A stretch of 64,000 bases of DNA. It comes from an uncultured Desulfosarcina sp. (lineage in GTDB: Bacteria; Desulfobacterota; Desulfobacteria; Desulfobacterales; Desulfosarcinaceae). The translations under genes and the position numbers were made by a program. The DNA lies in assembly GCA_963674945.2 (NCBI GenBank), contig CAXXWQ010000004.1:3008001-3072000 (forward strand), in the 5' to 3' direction. Within the stretch, counting starts at the first letter, position 1. Every line of letters starts with the position of its first letter. Below the pieces are notes generated by a model. It did not search any database and had not been told where the DNA came from. It was given only the letters and a program-made list of their open reading frames with translations. Below are positions 8,646 through 17,425 of this stretch, piece by piece.

Positions 8646-11024
8646 TCAACTCTCAATGGGCGTTGCAGGGAATCCAGTTATACCAGGGGCAAAAATGCAT
8701 CTTCTATGTCGAATCAGCAAGAACAAGGCAAACAGCAACGTCATGACGGTAATGACGAGGCCAATGTAAAACATCCGCGGGACATATTCAATGATTATGT
8801 GATTTTTCCCGGGATTGATTCGAATCGCTTTCCCCAGTACCTGGGCGCTGTAAACAGTTGTCGGCATGCCGTTGATTTTTGCTTCCCAGCCTGGATAATT
8901 TGCATCCGCAAGAAACAGCCATGCCGCCCGGGGTGTGTCCAACGTTAATTCATATCTCTGGCTGCTTTTTTCTACATATTGGATGTTCTCTAAAACCATC
9001 TTTTCAGTGAAGTTTTGAAGCGTTTGGGTTTCCGGGAAAGAGATCTGCCGGATTTTTTCTTCTTCCGGCCGCTCTAGATAAAGCGTCTTTTCTTCGGCTG
9101 ATTTGATTTTCATTAATGCTTCTTCATAGGAATCCACAAATACATGGGAGGTATATATTTGAAATCTGGGCAGTGCTCTCGTGTTATGATAAACACGAAC
9201 ACCCCTCTCAAAATATAATGGTTTTAGCGCAGGATTTTTTGGAGGCTTACTGGTGGATATGTATTTTAACCCCAATATATCGATCATCTTGTACTTCGTA
9301 TTTTGATCCTGAAAGATTTCTTCTTCAAAGACAGGATCCAAAACCGAGCGTCTCCCCATTTTTAGTGCCAGCGCACCGTCAATGGATGAATATCCCCATA
9401 TAAGTCCGGTTAGCGCGGGCAATGACGTCATTGTTTTTCTAAAGGCATCCTCCAAGACAGGACTCTTGGGGTCGATGAATATCATGGTTGCACCGGATCC
9501 TGCATGTGTTTTGTATTCAGGAAGAAACGGGTCGTCAAGTACATGGTCGACCGTTTCCTTGGCAGGGGCGACAATGGAATAGGGCGCAAAATGAAACATA
9601 TTTGTTCTCAATAGCAGGCATTCAGAGAATAGAATCAATACCGCCAAAACAGGGATAACGTGGGTAAAATTTGCCTTTCGTAATAGAAAAATGAATACAA
9701 ATGTGATGAGAAAGGTAAAGATCTGTATGACTGATGCGCTTTCGGTAAAACATTCCACACTTATTGGTATAAGAAAGCAGAGTGAAAGCAGTAATAACAG
9801 AATTGCGAAGCATTTCTTGCGTTTTCCCCCAGCCCAGAATGGGATGATGTCCTTTGAGACGGAGTCAATAAAAAAGCCGGCCAATATGGAAATTCCGATT
9901 ACTGAGATATTAAGAAACACAAACATTGCCCGATGATAATGCAGCCCGGGAATTAAATGAAATTTGTATATAAAATTAAAAACAGGGGATGTATCCTGCA
10001 GGCCTAAGTTAATCAATAGAAAGGACGCGATAATATGACCCATGATCCGATTTGGCGTTTTAATGAAAAGGGTCCCGAGAGCGATACCGAGTACCATCAA
10101 ACTGCCCAAATTGGGTACATTACCGCTGCTCATTGGATTAGGTTCATTAAAAGCGTAGGTAAATAAAAGCCCCCTGAACCACAATATGGAATCTAAACCT
10201 GTAAAGAGCATTTCGATACCATGCGTCCTGTGAGACTGGCGGATAAGCTCGATCAATGGAAACGTTTGCACCGCAGTAAGTCCGATGAATAGCAGAACCG
10301 CCAGGCTCCCGGTAAGAAGATATCTTTTCCAGTTTGATTTGAGAACGCCTCTTGATTCTGATGCAAATGGCAGTGGGAGCATGCTGGCAATCATATAAAT
10401 AACAGCACCATATGGTAATTGGGGATATCCAGCCAAAACGGATAACGCAGTGGGAATGGCCAGCAACAAGGCGCTAACGGCTGAAGGACGCTTTATCCAA
10501 TACTCGCATGCGACAATCATCCAGGGGATCCAGGTCAGCGTCGATGATCCGGTGTAGTTATGCAGAACCGATATCCAGGCAGTGGAAAATACCGACGCCA
10601 ACGAAGCAAAGGTGGCGCTCCAAGAACTTAGTTTGAGTTGTCTGCCCAGAACAAATACGCCCAATCCACCTATCACCATCAACAGGATATGCACCATTTG
10701 ATGCCCTAAATTGGGATTGAATATAAGCGCGATCAGAATGTTGAGTGGATTTGCAAAGCCGCCTTGCCCCTCTGCAAATAACGGATGTCCTCCGTATATC
10801 TTGTTTGACCACAAGACCGATTCGCTGCCGAAAAGCAATTGTTTGTTTGTGTAGAACAATGGCAACCCGTGAAGTACAGAATCTCCGTGGATGATTGTTT
10901 TTCCATGAAATAATGCGGGATACCAAAATAATACAACGAGAATTCCTCCCAGTAGCAAAGAATATTTCCCACTGAGGAAAATGGTTTTTATTTGAACTGC
11001 GGCAATATCTGTTTTTTGATTCAT
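8646..11024 (-). CDS. YfhO-family polytopic membrane protein (GT-C-like), copy 1
   Basis: N-terminal TM then HGD...LWSNKIYGGHPLFAEGQ; many TM helices; C-terminal DANYPGWEAKING...NPGKNHIIIEYVP followed by a TM helix. Confidence 0.8.
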   Translation of the reverse strand: MNQKTDIAAVQIKTIFLSGKYSLLLGGILVVLFWYPALFHGKTIIHGDSVLHGLPLFYTNKQLLFGSESVLWSNKIYGGHPLFAEGQGGFANPLNILIALIFNPNLGHQMVHILLMVIGGLGVFVLGRQLKLSSWSATFASLASVFSTAWISVLHNYTGSSTLTWIPWMIVACEYWIKRPSAVSALLLAIPTALSVLAGYPQLPYGAVIYMIASMLPLPFASESRGVLKSNWKRYLLTGSLAVLLFIGLTAVQTFPLIELIRQSHRTHGIEMLFTGLDSILWFRGLLFTYAFNEPNPMSSGNVPNLGSLMVLGIALGTLFIKTPNRIMGHIIASFLLINLGLQDTSPVFNFIYKFHLIPGLHYHRAMFVFLNISVIGISILAGFFIDSVSKDIIPFWAGGKRKKCFAILLLLLSLCFLIPISVECFTESASVIQIFTFLITFVFIFLLRKANFTHVIPVLAVLILFSECLLLRTNMFHFAPYSIVAPAKETVDHVLDDPFLPEYKTHAGSGATMIFIDPKSPVLEDAFRKTMTSLPALTGLIWGYSSIDGALALKMGRRSVLDPVFEEEIFQDQNTKYKMIDILGLKYISTSKPPKNPALKPLYFERGVRVYHNTRALPRFQIYTSHVFVDSYEEALMKIKSAEEKTLYLERPEEEKIRQISFPETQTLQNFTEKMVLENIQYVEKSSQRYELTLDTPRAAWLFLADANYPGWEAKINGMPTTVYSAQVLGKAIRINPGKNHIIIEYVPRMFYIGLVITVMTLLFALFLLIRHRRCIFAPGITGFPATPIES

Positions 11025-11541
11025 TTACATCGATATATGGTTTCGATCCAGAGGGGAAAATTGTCTTCTTTGTCGAATCAGCAAGAACAAGGCAAACAGC
11101 AGCGTCATGGCGGTAATGACGAGGCCAATGTAAAACATCCGCGGGACATATTCAATGATTATGTGATTTTTCCCGGGATTGATTCGAATCGCTTTCCCCA
11201 GTACCTGAGCGCTGTAAACAGTTGTCGGCATGCCGTTGATTTTTGCTTCCCAGCCTGGATAATTTGCATCCGCAAGAAACAGCCATGCCGCCCGGGGTGT
11301 GTCCAACGTTAATTCATATCTCTGGCTGCTTTTTTCTACATATTGGATGTTCTCTAAAACCATCTTTTCAGTGAAGTTTTGAAGCGTTTGGGTTTCCGGG
11401 AAAGAGATCTGCCGGATTTTTTCTTCTTCCGGCCGCTCTAGATAAAGCGTCTTTTCTTCGGCTGATTTGATTTTCATTAATGCTTCTTCATAGGAATCCA
11501 CAAATACATGGGAGGTATATATTTGAAATCTGGGCAGTGCT
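8707..11541. repeat. Near-identical ~471-bp direct repeat (8707-9177 and 11071-11541) in the 3' ends of the two YfhO genes
   Basis: Visual alignment at offset 2364; 3 mismatches seen. Confidence 0.9.
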
Positions 11542-13382
11542 TTCCGATTAATATACACCTTAATATTGTTTGTCCTGTCAAAATATAACAGTTGCATTGC
11601 AGGGTTTCTCACAGGCTTATTGGCGACGATATATTTTAATCCCAGGATATCCATCATCTTAAAACCTTCATTTTGGTCCTGAAAGATCTCCTCTTCAAAT
11701 ACAGGGTCCAGAATGGAACGTCTTCCCAATTTTAGTGCCAGTGCCCCATCGATGGATGAAAGCCCCCACATGAGTCCGGGAAAACAAGGAAGGGAGCTCA
11801 TGAATCTTTTAAATCCACTCTCCAAAGCCGGGTGCCTGGGGTCCATGAAAAACATGAATGGACCAGCACCGGTATGTGTTTTGTACTCATGAATCAATGG
11901 GTCGCTAAGTACATGATCGACCGTTTCCTTGGGCGGGGCGACGATGGAACCGGGCGCAAAATGGAACATCTTTGTTCTTAAAAGCAGGCATTCCGTGAAT
12001 AGAACCAATACCAACAGAACGGGGATAACGCGGGCAAAACTTGCCTTTCGTAATAGAAAAATGAATACAAATGCGATGAGAAAGGTTAAAACCTGGATGA
12101 CGGAAGCACTTTCGGTAAAGCATTCCACACTTTTTGGTATGAGAAAAAAGGCCAAGAGCAGTAATATCAAAGCGGCAAGGTATTTCTTGGGTTTTCCCAC
12201 GGCCCAGAACGGGATGATGTTCTTTGAAACGGAGTCAACAAAAAAGCCAGCCAATATGGAAATTCCGATTACTGAAATATCGAGAAATACATGCATTATT
12301 CTGTAATAATGCAATCCCGGAATTAAATGAAACGTATATATGAAATTAAAAATCGGGGACGCGTCCTGCATGCCCAAATTGATTAACAGAAAGGATGCGA
12401 TAATATGACCCATGATCCGAACCGGCATTTTGACAAACAAGGATCCAAGTGCCAGGCAAAATACCATCAAGCTGCCCAAGTTGGCTACATTCGCTGCACT
12501 TATCGGATTGGCTTCATTAAGGGCATAGGTGAATAAAAGTCCTCTGAACCAATATATGAAATCAATACCTGTGAAGGCCAGTTTGATGCCATGATTCCTG
12601 TGAGATTGGCCGACGAGCTCAATCAAAGGCAAGGTCTGCATGGCAGTCATTCCGATGAATATCAGGACCGCCAGGCTTCCGGTAAGAAGATATTTTTTCC
12701 AGTTTGATTTGAAAACACCTTTCGTCTCCGATGCGAATGGCAGGGGGAGCATGCTGGCAATCATATAAACAACCACACCATACGGGAATTGCGGATATCC
12801 GGCCAAAATGGAGAATGCGGTGGGAATGGCAAGCAGCAAGGCGCTAACGGCTGAAGGACGCTTTAACCAATATTCACATGCGACCAACATCCAAGGTGCC
12901 CAGGTCAGTGTCGATGACCCGGTATAGTTATATAAAACAGATATCCAGGCGGTGGAAAATGCCGTCGCCAATGCAGCAAAGGTGGCGCTCCAATAACTTA
13001 ATTTGAGTTGTCTGCCCAAAACAAAAACGCCCGCTCCGCCGATCACCATTGCCAGGAGGTACACCAGTTGATGGCCAAAATTAAGATTGAAAAAAAACGC
13101 AATGAGAATATTCAGTGGATTTGCATAGCCGCCTTGCCCTTCTGCGAATAATGGATGCCCGCCGTATATCTTATTTGACCATAAAACCGATTCACTGTCG
13201 GAGAGCAATTGTTTGTGCGTATAGAACAACGGCAATCCATGATGAACGGAATCTCCATGGATGATGGTTTTTCCCTGAAATAAAGCGGGGTACCAAAACA
13301 CTAAAACGAGAATTCCAACCAGCAGAAGAGAACATTTACCATTGAGAATGGTGGTTTTTATCTTGCCGACCACGTTATCCAT
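11025..13382 (-). CDS. YfhO-family polytopic membrane protein (GT-C-like), copy 2
   Basis: Colinear tandem paralog of 8646-11024 with the same motifs. ATG 13382 overlaps the GT2 stop region. Confidence 0.8.
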   Translation of the reverse strand: MDNVVGKIKTTILNGKCSLLLVGILVLVFWYPALFQGKTIIHGDSVHHGLPLFYTHKQLLSDSESVLWSNKIYGGHPLFAEGQGGYANPLNILIAFFFNLNFGHQLVYLLAMVIGGAGVFVLGRQLKLSYWSATFAALATAFSTAWISVLYNYTGSSTLTWAPWMLVACEYWLKRPSAVSALLLAIPTAFSILAGYPQFPYGVVVYMIASMLPLPFASETKGVFKSNWKKYLLTGSLAVLIFIGMTAMQTLPLIELVGQSHRNHGIKLAFTGIDFIYWFRGLLFTYALNEANPISAANVANLGSLMVFCLALGSLFVKMPVRIMGHIIASFLLINLGMQDASPIFNFIYTFHLIPGLHYYRIMHVFLDISVIGISILAGFFVDSVSKNIIPFWAVGKPKKYLAALILLLLAFFLIPKSVECFTESASVIQVLTFLIAFVFIFLLRKASFARVIPVLLVLVLFTECLLLRTKMFHFAPGSIVAPPKETVDHVLSDPLIHEYKTHTGAGPFMFFMDPRHPALESGFKRFMSSLPCFPGLMWGLSSIDGALALKLGRRSILDPVFEEEIFQDQNEGFKMMDILGLKYIVANKPVRNPAMQLLYFDRTNNIKVYINRKALPRFQIYTSHVFVDSYEEALMKIKSAEEKTLYLERPEEEKIRQISFPETQTLQNFTEKMVLENIQYVEKSSQRYELTLDTPRAAWLFLADANYPGWEAKINGMPTTVYSAQVLGKAIRINPGKNHIIIEYVPRMFYIGLVITAMTLLFALFLLIRQRRQFSPLDRNHISM

Positions 13383-14367
13383 TATATTTTTTGTCTGAAA
13401 TAATCGAAGGTGTGGTAAATAAACCCGCAATCGGTGTTGCGGGAATTAAGGATATATCATGGGCAAAAAAGGCCAATAACAGCTGAATTCCCAATATGAC
13501 GGGTAATGCCGCCAGCAAAATCGTTCCCAAAGGAGTGGCCTGCCCCTCGACGATCGCGATGTGCCAGTGATAAAATCCGAAAATCAATCCAAAGAAAAAC
13601 AGAACGGTTCCTGCCAACAGCTCCAGTGAAGCAAGCGACATGTCTCTTAAAAAGTAGTTATAAAAAATTCTCTTTAAAAAATTCTTGGTATGCTTGTAAA
13701 TGAACTCAAAGAACACATTTTTTATAGACAAATTGCTGCTTTCGCCGTCATATTTTGCATCCATGGGGATATCGAGGACAACTGCCCGAAGGATGTTCAA
13801 TCGAAACAGCATGTCTGTCTCGAAAAAATATCTGTTGCTGATTTTCTGGAAAGGAAGAAGCTTTGCCACCCTAGCATCTATGGCCGTGTATCCGTTGGTG
13901 GGATCAAAATTTGTCCAGTACCCTGTCGAAAGCTTGGACATGAAAGAGAGAACGAGGTTGCCGATTACCCTGATCCGAGGCATACGCTTGAGTTGTGCGA
14001 GATCGTAAAAGCGATTTCCTTTGGTATAGTCCGCCTGCCCCTTGATAATCGGGTAAACAAAGCGGGGAAGAAGTGAAGGTTCCATCTGTTCATCACCGTC
14101 AATCTTGACGATGATATCACAATCATCCTTGATTGCTTCCACATATCCCGCGAGCACGGCTCCGCCGACGCCCAAATTTTTTTTATTCCGGACAACGGTT
14201 ACACGTGGATCTTTGCAATGGGTTTCAACATGATCTCCTGTTTTTTCCGGACAACCATCGTCAACAACATAAATGCGGTCAACTTCAGGGCCGATTTTGG
14301 AAACCACTTCCAGAATATGCGTTTTTACCTTAAAAGACGGGATGACGACGGCAATTTTTGGTTTCAT
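13375..14367 (-). CDS. GT2 polyprenol-phosphate glycosyltransferase (DPM synthase/ArnC/GtrB-like)
   Basis: VVIPSF, VVDDGCPE, NLGVGGA, KIDGDEQM, GNRF, DPTNGY, FETDML; two C-terminal TM helices. Confidence 0.88.
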   Translation of the reverse strand: MKPKIAVVIPSFKVKTHILEVVSKIGPEVDRIYVVDDGCPEKTGDHVETHCKDPRVTVVRNKKNLGVGGAVLAGYVEAIKDDCDIIVKIDGDEQMEPSLLPRFVYPIIKGQADYTKGNRFYDLAQLKRMPRIRVIGNLVLSFMSKLSTGYWTNFDPTNGYTAIDARVAKLLPFQKISNRYFFETDMLFRLNILRAVVLDIPMDAKYDGESSNLSIKNVFFEFIYKHTKNFLKRIFYNYFLRDMSLASLELLAGTVLFFFGLIFGFYHWHIAIVEGQATPLGTILLAALPVILGIQLLLAFFAHDISLIPATPIAGLFTTPSIISDKKYNG

Positions 14368-14440
14368 AATAACATATTCAATTCTGAAGCAGGCGATGTT
14401 GGTTTTTAGTCGAAATGTCCCCTGAAATATGAATTTGATT

Positions 14441-15526
14441 TCATAAACGCCGGTTGTTTCCTAAAACCGTTGCGTCAAACCGATCCTTCAATTTACCATG
14501 GATGTGGTACGCTTGTTTCAGAATATTGGCGTCCAGGTCACACTTCTCATGTGCTGGTGCCTTTGACAGGACAAAACCCGCAGGCAATTGTTCCCTTACC
14601 GTTGCGCAATGGGCAACGGCCTTCCAGACCATCTCCGGATCATCACATAATTCTTCATATCCCACAAAACACAGTTCCAAATTCGTTTCTTGGGCGTGAT
14701 TCAGAATGTATCCATATACATTGATCCACTGCTCCAACCAGTACTCCGGGTCGTCCAAAGACTTTGTGGATGCGGTACTATGTAAATCGAAAAAGCGATG
14801 GTCGCTTCCAAATTCATGGTGAACCAGCCATTTCATGTATTTTTTTGAGAATTTGTCCTCGCGGTGGAGCGCAACAAAACGCCGATGCTGATTATGCAGA
14901 GACAGCGAATGCTGAATCGGATCGCGAAATGGGATAATCATTACCGAATTGGGGAATGCTTTTCGGATAGACGATAGTCTTATGATATTGTTGTTATTTT
15001 TTGACAAATATCTTTCCGAATCATTAATTTGTAACAGGCCCGCTATATATTTTCTAAACTTTTCGATTTCGCTTTTTCCCGCCGCCATTGCTGTCAGCCG
15101 ATCCGGCAAAATGTATTGATCGCCACAGAAAACACGCCAAAATACTTCTTCCAAGGCTTCCGGACTGTCAAAATCCACCATCATGCCGTCTGCGTGTGCT
15201 CTTTCATTCATCCTGCCTTCTCTGTCCCCTCCCCCTCTGCATTTCCTCCAGAGATTGGGTGAAAGTGGAAACGGCATGTCTCGATACGTTAAAGAGCAAA
15301 ATTCCCCTGTTTCATAAAATAACCGCATAAGGGCCGTTGTTCCGGCACGAGCCAGACCAGAAATAAATACATGTTTCCGGTTTTGGACATTGTCAGCGTC
15401 TTCATGCTCAGGTTTAAATGTAAGCAGCATCTGGTCCATCATGAAGGCCATCTCCAACATGCTTGAAAAATTGAGGGCAACATAATGAAGCAACCGATCC
15501 ATGAAGCTATAATTATTTTTTGGCAT
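14441..15526 (-). CDS. Sulfotransferase family protein
   Basis: FISGLARAGTT (PSB loop), YLSKNNNN, PFRDPIQHSLS, VGYEELCDDP. Confidence 0.8.
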   Translation of the reverse strand: MPKNNYSFMDRLLHYVALNFSSMLEMAFMMDQMLLTFKPEHEDADNVQNRKHVFISGLARAGTTALMRLFYETGEFCSLTYRDMPFPLSPNLWRKCRGGGDREGRMNERAHADGMMVDFDSPEALEEVFWRVFCGDQYILPDRLTAMAAGKSEIEKFRKYIAGLLQINDSERYLSKNNNNIIRLSSIRKAFPNSVMIIPFRDPIQHSLSLHNQHRRFVALHREDKFSKKYMKWLVHHEFGSDHRFFDLHSTASTKSLDDPEYWLEQWINVYGYILNHAQETNLELCFVGYEELCDDPEMVWKAVAHCATVREQLPAGFVLSKAPAHEKCDLDANILKQAYHIHGKLKDRFDATVLGNNRRL

Positions 15527-15899
15527 AATTCTTTCTCAGCCTTCCATATGTTAGCGCAATCAGCGTCGTCACAATCATGCCGCAAGGAGTGGACAGAATC
15601 TTTCCGATATTCAAAGAAAAAGGGATTGATAGATAAACAGCGATAATAAAAGGGGAAAAAACAATTGCCATTATAAGAAACAAAAATATCGATTCACGAA
15701 AGAGCATAACGGCATATTTTGTCAACACTTTTTCTTTCCAGTGGTCGGAAATTGCCTTGCTTCGTAACACCTTAAAAATCTTATGATACGTGGTGTTCAT
15801 GTTTCGGACAGTTGAAAAGAACGTTGACTTCAACAGAATTTCAACCGTCATGATGCAGCAGACAAAAATGATCGACCAGCTTATTATATTATCTTTCAT
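15513..15899 (-). CDS. Small membrane protein of unknown function
   Basis: 128 aa with about three hydrophobic segments; overlaps the downstream sulfotransferase start. Confidence 0.65.
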   Translation of the reverse strand: MKDNIISWSIIFVCCIMTVEILLKSTFFSTVRNMNTTYHKIFKVLRSKAISDHWKEKVLTKYAVMLFRESIFLFLIMAIVFSPFIIAVYLSIPFSLNIGKILSTPCGMIVTTLIALTYGRLRKNYAKK

Positions 15900-15935
15900 T
15901 TTCGTTTTTTATGAATCCGTCCGAACAGTGACTTT

Positions 15936-17132
15936 TTACATATTCATCATTTTTGGAATGAAAAATTTTTTTGCCAAATTTTTACCTTGTATGCGCATCG
16001 GCACCTCGATGAATCGGTAGTTGAGCTCCGATAATGCGAAGACGGTAACAAAAGCCAAAAGTATAATGAAGACATTTGAAATCCTTTTTTCAAACGCTGA
16101 AAATTCCATGTTCGGAAAATATTTTGCCCATGTTTCGGCGATAATAAAAAAGGTGATGAGATGGATGATGTAAATAGAGTATGAACGAGAACCAATATAT
16201 AGCATTACTTTCCGATACAGTCGTACAGAACCGAGGCTATTTTCATAAGAAGCTGCGAGAAGAACAATTATCGCTGACACGAACGCCAAAAAGCCGATAC
16301 TATAAATTGCCGTATCTGAGCCGAAACCCTGCAACCGTGCCGACCAGAAAGGCAGCATCAGAATCAATGTGTAAGATATGAATGGCGTGACTGCACCATT
16401 GTTTAAAATACCATCAATCCTGCTGAACCGAATTTTTTTGGATGGAAGAAGTGCAATGAGTATTCCCCAGCAAAATCCATCAATTCGGAAGAACCAGCCA
16501 TAGGTCCAATAAGGTCTCTGCCAAAAAAATTGAATGACGATTAGAAAAATCATGATCACAATCAGGGGCCTTTTTTTAAAGAGCAAAAAGAGAATCGGCA
16601 AAACGATATAGAATTGTTGCTCCAGCGATAGTGACCAATAATGTCCATAATAGTAAAGAATGTTGCACCAGAATGCATCGGAAGGATTGGCGGTGCAATA
16701 TGCTGCATAATAATTATTCACATTGGCCAGTGCTGATCCCATGGGTATGAAATTCCTCAGGTGCAGATCACCGAGACTACCATAAAACCCTTGAAACCAT
16801 TGATAAAGAAACACCACAAAGACCCAGAAAAAAGCTGCGGGGAGCAACCTGAACGCTCGCTTGATCCAGAATGCGAATAATGCATTTTTCTTTGACCGCG
16901 TATTGAAAAAGGATCTGCTGACCGAAAGCGTAATCACATAGCCAGAAATGACAAAAAAAAGATCAACGCCAACATTTCCATCAAAAAAAGTTTTCAAATG
17001 CTTATAGGCATTTGATGGAAATGCCAGGGCACACCCCAAATGAACAGACAGAACCATTATAATTGCGATGGCTCTCAGGATTTCAATGTTTTCATTTTTA
17101 TTTTGAATAATTTCTGTATGTTGCATGGCCAC
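15936..17132 (-). CDS. Acyltransferase-3 (OafA-like O-acyltransferase)
   Basis: IEILRAIAIIMV..H, GVDLFFVISGYVI, KRAFRLLP, HYWSLSLEQQFY, GSRSYSIYIIH, YRFIEVP. Confidence 0.9.
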   Translation of the reverse strand: MAMQHTEIIQNKNENIEILRAIAIIMVLSVHLGCALAFPSNAYKHLKTFFDGNVGVDLFFVISGYVITLSVSRSFFNTRSKKNALFAFWIKRAFRLLPAAFFWVFVVFLYQWFQGFYGSLGDLHLRNFIPMGSALANVNNYYAAYCTANPSDAFWCNILYYYGHYWSLSLEQQFYIVLPILFLLFKKRPLIVIMIFLIVIQFFWQRPYWTYGWFFRIDGFCWGILIALLPSKKIRFSRIDGILNNGAVTPFISYTLILMLPFWSARLQGFGSDTAIYSIGFLAFVSAIIVLLAASYENSLGSVRLYRKVMLYIGSRSYSIYIIHLITFFIIAETWAKYFPNMEFSAFEKRISNVFIILLAFVTVFALSELNYRFIEVPMRIQGKNLAKKFFIPKMMNM

Positions 17133-17147
17133 ATTCGGATCTTTTAC

Positions 17148-17390
17148 CTAAACTGGGCGTTTCACCTCAGTTTTTTTATCGCCGGACTTTTTTAATACTC
17201 CTAATTTGATCAATAATCTTTTTACCGGGTACCAGAAGACAGCAAACACTGCCAAAAAGATCGACATAATAAAGCCGAAGATAACGGCGATTGTCCCTGC
17301 GCCGAGTCCCGGACCGATGTAGGCATATACAGGAGATGAAAAAATAAGACTCATTGTAATCATAAAAGTCAGGTTAGATAGATATCTCAT
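17148..17390 (-). CDS. Small membrane protein with signal peptide and AYIGPG motif
   Basis: 80 aa: signal-like N-terminus ending VYA, then YIGPGLGAG, a TM helix and a basic tail; AGGA RBS upstream. Confidence 0.65.
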   Translation of the reverse strand: MRYLSNLTFMITMSLIFSSPVYAYIGPGLGAGTIAVIFGFIMSIFLAVFAVFWYPVKRLLIKLGVLKKSGDKKTEVKRPV

Positions 17391-17425
17391 GCTTATTGTC
17401 CTTTTATATATTCTAACGATTTCGA

